Part shown: piece after piece, positions 8,720-19,377 of the stretch
Numbering within the stretch: the stretch's first letter is position 1
Layout of the letters: each line of letters starts with the position of its first letter
Source of the DNA: Candidatus Ozemobacteraceae bacterium
Lineage (GTDB): Bacteria; Muiribacteriota; Ozemobacteria; Ozemobacterales; Ozemobacteraceae
Assembly: GCA_965140445.1 (NCBI GenBank)
Contig: OZ223236.1
Location: 5,088,001 to 5,152,000, forward strand
Reading direction: 5' to 3'
Length of the DNA stretch: 64,000 nt
The notes under the pieces: generated by a model
The model's database searches: none
Seen by the model: the letters and a program-made list of their open reading frames with translations, nothing else
Told to the model about the DNA's origin: nothing
Program-made: the position numbers and the translations under genes

Positions 8720-11700
8720 ATGGCGAACTGGCTTTCATATATTTTTGGTCAAGCTGACTACTTTTCTTATTTTCACGGCATTCTATTCGTTTTGCTTGCC
8801 GCGATTATTAATATTATCCCGAATAAATTTCGCGATAAGTATTCTCTTCAGTGGTGCTCTGCAACATTCTTTCTGATTGGAATAGTTAAAATAGCTAATC
8901 CAATAATATTTGGTAGAATATTTTCAGCCCCATCCTTTCCTCAACAAGCATTACAATTATTAAGCGTTTTTATCTTCGCTGAATTCTCACGCAGAAATTG
9001 GGAAACTGCTTTTGGATTTAAACTATCCTCATTTATTCATTTTCCTCTGCTAATTATATCCGCCTCTATTTTATTTGTGACCCAAAATCTTTATTCTGGG
9101 CCGGGTGGCATATTAATAGGCATCCTATTTTTATTTTCTGCAGTGCAATTATTTCAGATCATCGTAAAAAAGAACAAAACCGAGCCAGAAATTTGGATTA
9201 CTGTCATTTCCGCCCTACTTCTTTCCACCTCTCAGATTTCAAGTGCCTTGCCTGGATTCAAACCAATGCTTTCAGTCCAAAGCATTGATCAATTGTTTGA
9301 AATTTACCTATCACAATTTGTACAAATCCTTTCTTTAGTAATTTTATCTTTTTCCATAGCGTTAAGTCGCCTCAGACACGATACCAGCGAGCGATTGCTC
9401 GAAAGCAAATCCAAAATTAGTCACCTGTCCCCGCTGCTTTTAGTAGCCATATTTTTCACCATAAATCTTGGTGGAGCTGCAGGAAATGCGTATCTTGAAA
9501 ACATTGAAAAATTAAAAATAATTTCAAGCTTAAATCTTTCAAGTGAATCACTAGGAAAAGTGGTAAACCAAAGAATTCAGTTTGCAACAACTTCTTCAAA
9601 CCTTATTGCTGCAACACCAGCCATTAGATCATATATGCAAAACCCTACTCCAGAAGCAACTAAGCTGCTAGATGAAGTAATGCAGACGTTTCTGGTAAAT
9701 TTCCCAGATGGCATGTGTTATATAATGGACATACAAGGAACAGTTTTAGCATGCTCTACGGATAAAGAGCTGATGCTTGGAAAGAATTTCAGATTTCGCC
9801 CATATTTCCAGGACGCTATAAAAGGGCAAAACGGCAGAATGATTGCCCTGGGGAAAGTCACTTATAAAGTAGGGTTTTACTCAAGTTTTCCAATTTTCGA
9901 CAATGACAAAAAAACAATTCTTGGTGTTTGTTGTGTAAAAAGAAATCTTGATGATTTAGAAACCTACTTTAAACTTTACCATCCGGTCATGCTTCTTGAC
10001 TCTACGAATAAAATTTTCATGTCAAGCGACAAATCTATTGTCGGAACAAGGATCTCTCTTCCTATTAAACGCCTGAGGGCTAATGAACCAACCTCTTTTA
10101 TGCATATCAGCGGAATTCCCAAAAGTTTCAGCACAGAAAATTATGCCCACACACTTAGGCCTCTAAATCTTCAAAATTGGAGTCTACTGCTGTTGAATAA
10201 TGCCAATTCAATACCAGAAAGCAAGTCGAAGCTAACTTTATTGTTCTTCTTGTTATCAATAATCTCTGTGACTTTTCTTTTTGGACACATAAAAAACTTT
10301 GATGCCCTCTACCAATTTGAAAACGCTCAAAAACAATTCAAATCCATTTTTATGAATGCCCCGGAAAGCATCATCATAGTCTCTCCTAAGACTCTCCAGA
10401 TACACGCAGCAAACGAAAGTATGCTCAAACAATTTGAGTTAAACAGCAGTCCAGTTGGCATGCTATTTACTGATTTATTACCAGAAAATACTTTTGACAT
10501 GCTTCCAGAATCTATACAAAACTATGAATCCCAGTCGTTTATAATTGAAAATAAGTTTAGAAGAGCATCTGGAGAGCTATTTACCGCAGAAGTTACAGGA
10601 ACTATAACAGAATTCAATGGAGAATCAGCTGTATTGCTTTTCTTGAGAGATATTTCTGTAAGAAAACAAACCGAAAATAAGCTTAGAGAAGCCAAAAACT
10701 CTGCAGAAGAAGCCAACAGAATAAAAAGTCGATTCCTGGCCAACACCAGTCATGAAATTAGAACGCCAATGACAGCAATCATAGGACTCACCGAAATTGC
10801 CATGGGCCAAAGCCAGAATCCAGAACAAAGCAAAATTCTTGAACTTATCCAATCTTCTGGAAGATCCCTTCTAGACCTTTTAAATGATATTCTCGATTTA
10901 TCTAAGATTGAAGCTGGAAAAATGGAAATAGACCTCGTTCCATTTGAACTAAAAGATCTTGTAGATAAAGTCATGCAAATTGTCAGCTTCAAAGCAGAAA
11001 AGAAAAAACTAAAAACCTCATGGTCGATCCAGGATGAAATTCCAGAAACGATTATTTCTGATCCACAAAGAATTCGCCAGGTTTTACTAAATCTTTTAAC
11101 TAATTCCCTAAAATTCACACAAAGAGGGGAGATTAGCCTTAAAATATCTCTAAAAACTAATGATAGAGCAGATTTTTTAATAGATTTTTCTGTGACAGAT
11201 ACTGGTCCTGGGATTCCACCGGAAATACAAAATCAACTTTTCAAGGCTTTTTCTAACAATCTAAATCCTTATGCCCCAGGCGAAAATAGTGGAGCAGGCC
11301 TGGGTCTTGCAATATGCAAACAAATAGTAGAAATGCTTGGGGGAAGCATTTCCGTAGAATCATCCCCAGGTCATGGATCAACATTCAGGTTTTCAATTCC
11401 GACTCGAAAAGCCCAGAAAACAGAAAAGGAAGAAATTAACTTAATTTCTGACAAAACACAGCTTAAATTAGTATTAAAAGACGAACCCTTGAAAATTCTG
11501 ATTGCAGATGACAATGAGACCAACCTTTTCCTGGCAAGCACTATCGTTGAACAGCATGGTGGAGCACCAACCTGTGTGAAAGATGGAATTGAAGTTCTTA
11601 GCATTCTTGAAAGAAAAAGCTTTGATATAATTCTTTTAGATATCCAGATGCCAAGGCTTGATGGATTATCCACAATTAAGAGGTTAAGAGAGCACAGCAA

Positions 11701-12298
11701 CTCTTCACATCGCGGAGTTCCAATTATCGCAATTAGTGCTTTTGCAGCAGACAATGAAAAGAAAAAAGCAATAAAAGCAGGCGCTGATTTTTATCTATCT
11801 AAGCCATATTTTCCAAACGACCTCATAAATGCTATCAAACTTGTTTTATCACCCTCAGCAAGTTATCAGGAAATGTTAGTAACTGATAACAATCCCAACA
11901 AAGAACAGCGAGTTGATTTATCAGAAAACACTGATGCTTCTGATCATCCACAATTAAAGCATATTAATTCACGAGAGCTTGAGTTCAGAGTTTTAAAAAA
12001 ACCAGAAAACATCAGGCAGATATATTTAATCTATCAAAAACGTTCAAAACTATTGGTAGAAAAGCTTAATGAAGCCAAAAATTTGAGTGATCCTGATTTG
12101 ATGAAAGAAACCGCCCACTCAATAAAGGGGTTAGTTGGAATGCTGGCCGCTTCAAATGCTTATAATACAGCAAGAGAGATTGAAACTCTTGCCAAAGAAG
12201 GAAATATAATTAAAGCCAGTACATACGTTGAAGAAATGAACACATATATTTTGGAAATCGGTGAAGATTTAAAAATCTTGATTGACAGTTTTCAATAA
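8720..12298 (+). CDS. Hybrid sensor histidine kinase (multi-TM, Cache, PAS, HisKA, HATPase, REC, Hpt)
   Basis: FRPYFQDA (Cache), SHEIRTPM, NLLTNSLKFT, DTGPGI, GLGLAI, LLDIQMP and AHSIKG (Hpt). Confidence 0.92.
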   Translation: MANWLSYIFGQADYFSYFHGILFVLLAAIINIIPNKFRDKYSLQWCSATFFLIGIVKIANPIIFGRIFSAPSFPQQALQLLSVFIFAEFSRRNWETAFGFKLSSFIHFPLLIISASILFVTQNLYSGPGGILIGILFLFSAVQLFQIIVKKNKTEPEIWITVISALLLSTSQISSALPGFKPMLSVQSIDQLFEIYLSQFVQILSLVILSFSIALSRLRHDTSERLLESKSKISHLSPLLLVAIFFTINLGGAAGNAYLENIEKLKIISSLNLSSESLGKVVNQRIQFATTSSNLIAATPAIRSYMQNPTPEATKLLDEVMQTFLVNFPDGMCYIMDIQGTVLACSTDKELMLGKNFRFRPYFQDAIKGQNGRMIALGKVTYKVGFYSSFPIFDNDKKTILGVCCVKRNLDDLETYFKLYHPVMLLDSTNKIFMSSDKSIVGTRISLPIKRLRANEPTSFMHISGIPKSFSTENYAHTLRPLNLQNWSLLLLNNANSIPESKSKLTLLFFLLSIISVTFLFGHIKNFDALYQFENAQKQFKSIFMNAPESIIIVSPKTLQIHAANESMLKQFELNSSPVGMLFTDLLPENTFDMLPESIQNYESQSFIIENKFRRASGELFTAEVTGTITEFNGESAVLLFLRDISVRKQTENKLREAKNSAEEANRIKSRFLANTSHEIRTPMTAIIGLTEIAMGQSQNPEQSKILELIQSSGRSLLDLLNDILDLSKIEAGKMEIDLVPFELKDLVDKVMQIVSFKAEKKKLKTSWSIQDEIPETIISDPQRIRQVLLNLLTNSLKFTQRGEISLKISLKTNDRADFLIDFSVTDTGPGIPPEIQNQLFKAFSNNLNPYAPGENSGAGLGLAICKQIVEMLGGSISVESSPGHGSTFRFSIPTRKAQKTEKEEINLISDKTQLKLVLKDEPLKILIADDNETNLFLASTIVEQHGGAPTCVKDGIEVLSILERKSFDIILLDIQMPRLDGLSTIKRLREHSNSSHRGVPIIAISAFAADNEKKKAIKAGADFYLSKPYFPNDLINAIKLVLSPSASYQEMLVTDNNPNKEQRVDLSENTDASDHPQLKHINSRELEFRVLKKPENIRQIYLIYQKRSKLLVEKLNEAKNLSDPDLMKETAHSIKGLVGMLAASNAYNTAREIETLAKEGNIIKASTYVEEMNTYILEIGEDLKILIDSFQ

Positions 12299-12380
12299 AG
12301 ATTTCTTTTTCAAATAATTTCTGTTAGTATCTCCCCGAGAAAATTACTGCTTTGCAAAACACTTCTAAGGGGATTAAAAA

Positions 12381-14123
12381 ATGAAAGGTCCACAATTTAA
12401 AAGGCTTTTGAAGCAATTTTTTAAATGGTTTGCTGCAATAGCTTTTATAATTTGCTACTTTTACCTTGGAAGCAAATTCGGTAAAAAGGCACAGGACACC
12501 TTTTCTGTTTTTGCGGGCGGACTCGGAATGTTCATTTTTGGTATGAACCTTATGAGCTCATCTTTACAGAGAATTGCCGGCGATAAACTCAAAAATATAA
12601 TCTCCACTCTAACAAAGAATCCTTTTTTAGCAATGATCACTGGCGCTTTTGTTACAGCTGTTATTCAAAGTAGCTCCGCAACAACAGTTATGACAGTTGG
12701 CTTTGTTAACGCCGGGTTAATGAATCTAAGTCAGGCAATAGGAATTATTCTAGGAGCAAACATTGGTACCACAATTACTGCCCAATTAATCGCATTCAAA
12801 TTAACCGATATAGCATGGCCTATTCTCGCTCTTGGCAGCGCTCTTGTAATGTTCAGCAAGACTAGAAGAAACCGCTCCTGGGGAGAAACCATGATTGGAT
12901 TTGCACTTCTCTTTTTGGGCATGAAATTCATGGGTGGATCACTTAAAGCTTACAGAGAACACGAAGTTTTCAAGCAGACCTTCATATATCTTTCACAAAA
13001 TAGATTACTTGGAGTTTTTGCAGGTCTGTTGGTTACTTTTATCGTGCAAAGCAGCTCGGCAACAGTCGGTTTGACAATGAGTTTAATTGGCACCGGAGCA
13101 TTTGGGGACGACCCTAAACTTGCCCTGATGGCAGCAGTTCCAATAATTCTTGGAGATAACATTGGGACCTGTATAACTGCAATGCTATCGTCCATAGGAG
13201 CCACAGATAATGCCAAGCGAACTGCTTTAGCCCATACTCTCTTTAATATCCTTGGGACAGTATTGGTTCTTCCATTTCTTGATTCATTTACCACTTTGAT
13301 GCTTCAAAGTTCTCCAGATCCAATGAGGCAAGTTGCAAATTCCCACACCGCCTTCAATGTTGTAAATGGGCTTATTTTTCTTCCTTTAACGGGATTTTTA
13401 AAGAAAATGGTTCTTATAATTATCCCGCCGTCTGAAGATGAAGAAAGCTCGCACGCTAAAAGCCTGGACAAAAGAATTTTGGCAACTCCCCCAATAGCAA
13501 TTGGGCAAACAGAAGATTACTTTTCCAAAACCTCTGAGTTAATCCAGAATATGTTTTCTGGGGCAGAGAGGCTCTTAGAAAAAAAAGACCAGGATGTGGA
13601 CGAATTAAACAAATTAGAATCTAAATTTGCCAGCAACTCAAAACAACTTGCTCAACAATCTAGAGAATTAAATAAATTCCTGGTAGCTTTAGCTCAGAAA
13701 GACCTTACTGAACAACAGAGTAAACAGGTTACCAGAATGCTATATTTAACAAAAGATCTTGAAATACTTTGCTACCAGCTAATAAAGCTATCCAGTATAT
13801 TATGTGAACAATTTGAAGAGAGTTTTCGCTTTAGTGAGGACGCACGCGAAGAACTATTTATATGCTTCTCCCGCGTAAGAGAACTGTTCGAACAGGCGAA
13901 TAGCAATATCAATGTTTCAGACGATGAAGCTGAAAAAATAAAACATGCAATATATAGCAGTTCAATTCTAGACAAGGCTGCGCGAAATAACCACCTGGAT
14001 CGAATAAAGCAAGGGAAACAGGACCCCATGGCGGGAATAGCTTTCCTTGATGCATTAAGAACCATTGGAAACATGCTGTCTTCTATAGACCATTTTACTG
14101 AACATAAGCTTTTTAAATTCTAA
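12381..14123 (+). CDS. Na+/Pi cotransporter family protein with PhoU-like C-terminus
   Basis: Two QSSSAT repeats plus GANIGTT and GDNIGTC. Confidence 0.9.
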   Translation: MKGPQFKRLLKQFFKWFAAIAFIICYFYLGSKFGKKAQDTFSVFAGGLGMFIFGMNLMSSSLQRIAGDKLKNIISTLTKNPFLAMITGAFVTAVIQSSSATTVMTVGFVNAGLMNLSQAIGIILGANIGTTITAQLIAFKLTDIAWPILALGSALVMFSKTRRNRSWGETMIGFALLFLGMKFMGGSLKAYREHEVFKQTFIYLSQNRLLGVFAGLLVTFIVQSSSATVGLTMSLIGTGAFGDDPKLALMAAVPIILGDNIGTCITAMLSSIGATDNAKRTALAHTLFNILGTVLVLPFLDSFTTLMLQSSPDPMRQVANSHTAFNVVNGLIFLPLTGFLKKMVLIIIPPSEDEESSHAKSLDKRILATPPIAIGQTEDYFSKTSELIQNMFSGAERLLEKKDQDVDELNKLESKFASNSKQLAQQSRELNKFLVALAQKDLTEQQSKQVTRMLYLTKDLEILCYQLIKLSSILCEQFEESFRFSEDAREELFICFSRVRELFEQANSNINVSDDEAEKIKHAIYSSSILDKAARNNHLDRIKQGKQDPMAGIAFLDALRTIGNMLSSIDHFTEHKLFKF

Positions 14124-15047
14124 GTGAACTTTCCAACTATAAATTTTTCTTCTGAGTTTTACCTGAAACATTTTGGAGAAAGGATTCAAAGAATACCTCT
14201 CTCCTCAGGGTTCAGCTGCCCAAATAGAGATGGATCTAAATCCAGAGAAGGCTGCATATATTGTAACAACAATAGCTTTTCCCCATTCTATATAGACGCA
14301 AACGATTCAATTTCTACACAGCTCGAAAAGGGAATTTCCTTTTTTGCTTCCAAATACAAAACCAAGAGATTCCTGGCCTATTTTCAAACATATTCATCAA
14401 CTTATGGCAGCTTGGAACAAATCAAAAGCAAAGTGGAAGAAGCACTTAAACATCCTCAAATTGAGGGCATAATACTGGGCACAAGGCCTGACTGTATTGA
14501 TTCAGAAAAACTCTTGTTGTTAAAATCAATTTGTAAAAGTAATTTTCTAAAAATTGAGTTAGGAATAGAATCATTTTCACAAAAAACTTTGGATTTTTTA
14601 AACCGATCTCACAGCGTTGAAGAATCAAAGCAAGCCATTGCCCTAATAAAATCCAACAATATATTCTGCGGGGTACATTTAATTCTCGGACTTCCTAATG
14701 AAACTAACGATTTTATAGCAAATTCCGCAAAAGCCATCTCCAAATTGAAAGTGGATTTTGTGAAACTTCATCATCTGCAAGTTATAAAAGAAACTAAACT
14801 GGCAGACATTTATGCAAAGTCCCCTGAATCACTGAATCTTCAATCAAAAACCTCTTATCAAAAGCTGCTGTTTGAATTTCTTCAAAACCTTTCGCCTGAT
14901 ATTTACGTGGAAAGGTTCTTAAATAGAGTTCCTGCAAAGTATTTAATTGCACCAATCTGGGGAGGAATTACTGAATCTGAGTTTAGGAAAGATCTGGTTT
15001 TTCAAATGGAAAAACTTGAATTTTTTCAGGGAAAAAGTAATTGCTGA
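14124..15047 (+). CDS. TIGR01212 (YhcC/YtqA-type) radical SAM protein
   Basis: CPNRDG...GCIYC, AYFQTYSSTY, GTRPDC and KLHHL. Confidence 0.9.
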   Translation: MNFPTINFSSEFYLKHFGERIQRIPLSSGFSCPNRDGSKSREGCIYCNNNSFSPFYIDANDSISTQLEKGISFFASKYKTKRFLAYFQTYSSTYGSLEQIKSKVEEALKHPQIEGIILGTRPDCIDSEKLLLLKSICKSNFLKIELGIESFSQKTLDFLNRSHSVEESKQAIALIKSNNIFCGVHLILGLPNETNDFIANSAKAISKLKVDFVKLHHLQVIKETKLADIYAKSPESLNLQSKTSYQKLLFEFLQNLSPDIYVERFLNRVPAKYLIAPIWGGITESEFRKDLVFQMEKLEFFQGKSNC

Positions 15048-15164
15048 TTTTTTAGCACCAAAATGCTGATTTTTTTCACACATTAAGCTGCCGATAATAT
15101 ATATTAGAAATTCTTTTTTCACTGTACACCGTTGTTTGAGCAAATTATCTAATTTGAACAATGT

Positions 15165-15180
15165 TGGCACAAAATATGCA
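15165..15180 (+). promoter_or_regulatory. Sigma54 -24/-12 promoter
   Basis: TGGCAC-AAAAT-ATGCA; GG and GC separated by exactly 10 nt; 35 nt upstream of ORF 15216. Confidence 0.65.
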
Positions 15181-15215
15181 TTATATATTACAAAGCTTAT
15201 AGGGGTTTATTAACA

Positions 15216-15446
15216 ATGAAAAACAAAGGCCTAAAGATTTTCTTTATAGCAGCCTTTCTTTTAGCTTCGGGTTTATCTTATTCCCAAGGCTTAATTTCTC
15301 CTGAAAAAGTTTTTAAAAGCATAGTATCCCTCTATGCGCCAGCTTCTCCAGAAAGCGCAAATGAAGTTTCCATGAGTTTCGGAAAAGAGTTGAAGCCCGA
15401 CTTTATACCAGAAAATGGAAACCATCAGCGACAATTTCTCAAATAG
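15216..15446 (+). CDS. Small hypothetical exported protein
   Basis: Signal-peptide-like N-terminus (MKNKGLKIFFIAAFLLASGLSYS); AGGGG RBS. Confidence 0.6.
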   Translation: MKNKGLKIFFIAAFLLASGLSYSQGLISPEKVFKSIVSLYAPASPESANEVSMSFGKELKPDFIPENGNHQRQFLK

Positions 15447-15495
15447 TTACAGTCTTGATACCGAGCAAAAACCACACAATTATCTGGCCATTTTT

Positions 15496-17091
15496 TTAAT
15501 TTTGAATTGTTTTCTTAATAAGATTGAGAATCTCTTTTCTATCAAATGGCTTGTGAATAAGAATTCTTGATTCTGGAAGCTGGTTTAACAATTTTTCGTT
15601 GTAAGCGGTGCAATAAACAATTGGAGTAGAAAAATTCCTTGAGATTTCTTCTCCAACCTGCACTCCAGATTTTTTAGGCATGCCAACATCTAATAGAACA
15701 AGACGAATTTCTGAAGAATGCATTTTAAACAATTCAATTGCCTCATTTCCATCCCTGGCAACTATTACTTTATAGCCTTCGTCTTCAAGAATTCTCTGCT
15801 CTAGTTTAGCCACCTGGCTTTCATCTTCAGCAAGTAGAATAAGTTCTCCTCTGCCATGCAATTCATTAACATCACGCATATCATTAAAAGCAGCTTTGGA
15901 AATATATTTAGCTTTTTCTTTTCTAGGAATAAATAAACTTATCGAAGTCCCTTTTCCAATTTCACTATTAATTTCAATTTCCCCATCAAGTCTTCTTACA
16001 ACAGACGCAACAACACTAAGACCTAACCCTAGCCCCCTAGATTTATTAAAAGAAAAAAATGGATTAAAAGCTCTTTCTGCTACCCCATTGGACATCCCGA
16101 CTCCATTGTCCATGATGTCCAGACGAACCATCGGGTCTGCGGATGAGCGCTTTTTTTCCGACAACCAGTCTTGAGTAGGAATAAAACCTGAAACTTTTAT
16201 AGAAATTTTCCCATCAGCACTCATAGCTTCACTCGAGTTTAGAAAAATATTCATGAATAGCTGAGACAGTTCAATTTTATCGATAACGATTATTTGGGGT
16301 TCTTTATCAAGCTCGACTGAGAACTCAATATCTTCAGAAAAAATACCACGAAAAAGAGAAATCCTATCCTCTAAGAACTTTACTAAATCAATTTCGACTG
16401 GATGAGTTTTCTTCGATTGATCTGCAAAAAGCATTAGTTGTTCAACAAACTGTGCCGCTTTTTTTCCTGCTTTAATAACCGTCTGTTGAAGTTCAAAACT
16501 TTCAGGATCGTGTTCTAAACTATCAGAAATTATTTCTCCATACCCCAAAATTACCTGCAAGAGGTTGTTAAACTCATGGGCAATGCCACCTGCAAGAATG
16601 TTGATCATCTTACTTTTCTCAAATTCTATCAGTTCATTCTCTCTTTGCTTTCTTAGGCGCATTTCCTCAAGCAAGCTTCTATTTTTTGCCCGCAATACCT
16701 TTTGCAATTTTTGCAGATCTAATTGTGCTTTCACACGTGCCAGCAACTCTTTGTTATTAAAAGGTTTGGTTACAAAATCTGATCCACCAACTTCAAATCC
16801 CTTTACAAGATCATCAGTTTCAGAACGCGCCGTGAGAAAAATAATCGGTATATTGCGAGTTTCCAGGTTCTCTTTCAAACATTGGCAAACTTTATAGCCA
16901 TCCATTTCTGGCATCATTATGTCCAAAAGAATTAAATCTGGTCGTTTCTTTTCAACAAACTTAATAGCAGCCGAACCACTTTGTGCCATCGCAATTCTAT
17001 TTCCAGAAGAGGATAACAACTCCCCAGCGACTTGCAAATTCTGCTGGTTGTCATCAACAATTAATATAAGAGGCGCTTCTTCTTTATTCAC
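15496..17091 (-). CDS. Cytoplasmic hybrid kinase REC-HisKA-HATPase-REC (start moved to GTG 17091 after GGAGG)
   Basis: ILIVDD...LLDIMMP, GGIAHEFNN, GLGLGLS and a second receiver with LLDVGMP. Confidence 0.9.
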   Translation of the reverse strand: MNKEEAPLILIVDDNQQNLQVAGELLSSSGNRIAMAQSGSAAIKFVEKKRPDLILLDIMMPEMDGYKVCQCLKENLETRNIPIIFLTARSETDDLVKGFEVGGSDFVTKPFNNKELLARVKAQLDLQKLQKVLRAKNRSLLEEMRLRKQRENELIEFEKSKMINILAGGIAHEFNNLLQVILGYGEIISDSLEHDPESFELQQTVIKAGKKAAQFVEQLMLFADQSKKTHPVEIDLVKFLEDRISLFRGIFSEDIEFSVELDKEPQIIVIDKIELSQLFMNIFLNSSEAMSADGKISIKVSGFIPTQDWLSEKKRSSADPMVRLDIMDNGVGMSNGVAERAFNPFFSFNKSRGLGLGLSVVASVVRRLDGEIEINSEIGKGTSISLFIPRKEKAKYISKAAFNDMRDVNELHGRGELILLAEDESQVAKLEQRILEDEGYKVIVARDGNEAIELFKMHSSEIRLVLLDVGMPKKSGVQVGEEISRNFSTPIVYCTAYNEKLLNQLPESRILIHKPFDRKEILNLIKKTIQN

Positions 17092-17251
17092 AAAACCTCC
17101 AGCGACCAAAGAAGACTACTGATACGAAGTTAGTCCAAGTATTCCCTTTTTGTTTATCTATTTTTTTTATTAGGCTATAATTGTAACTTATTCAGCCTTT
17201 TCAGTTCAAGGTAATAAAACCTCTATTTAATTATTATTGCGGAGACAACCA

Positions 17252-18013
17252 GTGAAAAAAAGATTTTTTTGGCTATTCATTATTCTTGTTATCCTTACTC
17301 AAAATGCAAACGCGCAAAATAAACCAGTAATTGGTATAAGCGCTTCAATAAAAAATTCAGTAGTAAGTCTTGATTTAGACTATGCAAAATGCATTGAGGA
17401 AGCTGGAGGAATCCCTTTAATTTTACCCCCAACATCAAATCCCGAAATTATTAAAAGTTATGTGCAAATTCTGGATGGGTTAATGATGACAGGGGGACCA
17501 GACTTACCCCCATCTCTATACAACCAAAAAGAGCATCCCTCAACAAAAGTAATGGAAAAAATCAGATCGGTATCTGACAAAGAATTGATTCGCTGCTGGC
17601 TGAGAACAAAAAAGCCAATTCTAGGAATTTGCCTTGGAATGGAATTTTCCAATGTAATGTCTGGTGGAACCCTATTTCAGGACATTCCAACCATGATAGG
17701 AAATGATGTTTGCCACCGGAATGGAGAAAAATTCACCAATTTTCACAACATTGGAATTTCTCACGGAAGCCTCTTACACAAAATTTTAGGAACCACAAAA
17801 GCGGTTGTTTTATCCCGTCACCACCAGGCAGTTGATAAAATAGGCGCAAATCTCAAAGCTATAGCCAGAACAAGTGACGGTGTGGTCGAAGCTTTGCAAA
17901 AAACCGACTCAGACTTTGGACTTTTTTTACAATGGCACCCAGAGGGAATGAGCAAATATCCAGAGCACCAGCAAAGGATATTTAAAGCATTTGTAGATGC
18001 CTGCAAAAAATAA
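17252..18013 (+). CDS. Peptidase C26 / gamma-glutamyl-gamma-aminobutyrate hydrolase family (class I GATase) with signal peptide
   Basis: KPVIGI, TGGPD, LGICLG, HHQAV and QWHPE; GTG at 17252 follows GGAG. Confidence 0.85.
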   Translation: MKKRFFWLFIILVILTQNANAQNKPVIGISASIKNSVVSLDLDYAKCIEEAGGIPLILPPTSNPEIIKSYVQILDGLMMTGGPDLPPSLYNQKEHPSTKVMEKIRSVSDKELIRCWLRTKKPILGICLGMEFSNVMSGGTLFQDIPTMIGNDVCHRNGEKFTNFHNIGISHGSLLHKILGTTKAVVLSRHHQAVDKIGANLKAIARTSDGVVEALQKTDSDFGLFLQWHPEGMSKYPEHQQRIFKAFVDACKK

Positions 18014-18015
18014 AA

Positions 18016-18870
18016 TTAATTTTCTTTTTCAGCTCGAATTTGCTTGCTTGTTTTTTTCCAAAAAGCCGGACTAACCTTTTCCAACTTATATCCCAACTCC
18101 TTTATTTGTTTATCTAATCTTTCTACTCTACTTTTTGAAGAGGGATGAGTAGAAAGATAGTTAGCCAGAGCGCCTAAGGATTCCTCTTTTGATAGCCTGA
18201 CAAAAAAGTCAGTAGCTCCCCCGACATGGCCGTACATTTTATTCAAAACATTTAAAGCAAAATCATCAGCAGCTTTTTCCTGGGCTCTGGAATAATTATT
18301 TCGCGCAACCCCGGAAGAATTTAAAAAGATCTTTGTAGTGGGATTATTTCCCCCAAAAGCAAAAACAGTTACCAGATAAAACAAAAAGCTCCGGCCTAAA
18401 CCTCTTAGGTGATCCCTATGAACAAAATGCCCAACTTCATGAGCAAGAATCATTGCAAGCTCATTTTCAGATTGAACTTTGTCCATAAGAGCAGAATAAA
18501 CAATTATATATCCACCTGGTAAAGCAAGAGCATTGGCATCTTTACCTTTAACGACCTTTACGTTCAAGTCGCGTCTTTGCTCTTGAGGTAACTGCTTTAC
18601 AACTAAATCAAGAATATCTTGAATTTTCTCGTTGTCATATTTGCTGCTACCCTCGCCCGCCTCAAGAACTTGCGAAACTATGGGTCCAGCAAAAGCTCTT
18701 TCCCACTTAACAGGAATAAATGGAACAAAAAAATCAACAACCATACCTAGAAATGCATAGAAAACGATTCCAACAAGGACAACCCGAAGAAAAATTCTTG
18801 CTCCATACCACCAGGCGGAACCTTTACTCACATTAAAGTTTTCTTCAACGTGGACAGGAATATACTTCAT
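18016..18870 (-). CDS. M48 family zinc metallopeptidase
   Basis: NALALPGG, LAHEVGH, YSRAQE..AD and STHP. Confidence 0.9.
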   Translation of the reverse strand: MKYIPVHVEENFNVSKGSAWWYGARIFLRVVLVGIVFYAFLGMVVDFFVPFIPVKWERAFAGPIVSQVLEAGEGSSKYDNEKIQDILDLVVKQLPQEQRRDLNVKVVKGKDANALALPGGYIIVYSALMDKVQSENELAMILAHEVGHFVHRDHLRGLGRSFLFYLVTVFAFGGNNPTTKIFLNSSGVARNNYSRAQEKAADDFALNVLNKMYGHVGGATDFFVRLSKEESLGALANYLSTHPSSKSRVERLDKQIKELGYKLEKVSPAFWKKTSKQIRAEKEN

Positions 18871-19377
18871 TTAAGCCTGCGTTTCCTTTGTATACTTAAC
18901 GGCAGTTCCATAAGCCATAACTTCAACGATTCCCATAGGCTTTGCATCATTACCACCACAAATACTCATGGTTTCAATCCTGAAATTAATAATTGCATCT
19001 GCTTTAAGATTTGCCGCCTTCTCTTTCATCCTTAAAACAGCTTCTCTTCGCGCACGATCAAGGAGAGTTTCAAAAACAGCAACTCTCCCACCAACAAGAT
19101 TAACCAAAGAGGCAACATATCTTTTAAAAGGATCAGAACCAATTACAACGGCTCCAGAAACCATGCCGGCCGCCATTATTTTGTCGTCATCTTCTTTAAA
19201 ATCAGAGGGAATTAAGGGCAAATTTATTAATCTGGCTTCTCGCGATTTAATGCTCTCATAATGCTTATTTTCAAAGTATTTTCCAATATAGTAATAGAAG
19301 ACAAGAGGGCCAAACATGAATATTACAACAAAAAAGATGGTTATTATTGTTTCAAATATACCTTCCATGCTATTCAA
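18871..19377 (-). CDS. Membrane-anchored YbjQ/UPF0145-like protein
   Basis: N-terminal TM, GG...LDRARREAVLRMKEKA and AYGTAV. Confidence 0.8.
   Translation of the reverse strand: MNSMEGIFETIITIFFVVIFMFGPLVFYYYIGKYFENKHYESIKSREARLINLPLIPSDFKEDDDKIMAAGMVSGAVVIGSDPFKRYVASLVNLVGGRVAVFETLLDRARREAVLRMKEKAANLKADAIINFRIETMSICGGNDAKPMGIVEVMAYGTAVKYTKETQA

Noticed and set aside
8598..8876. 92-aa ORF bridging the 51-aa peptide and the kinase, suggesting a frameshifted kinase N-terminus
   Set aside because: No RBS and it overlaps both better-supported ORFs out of frame. The peptide aligns to the kinase's own start, so it is a duplicate rather than a missing piece.
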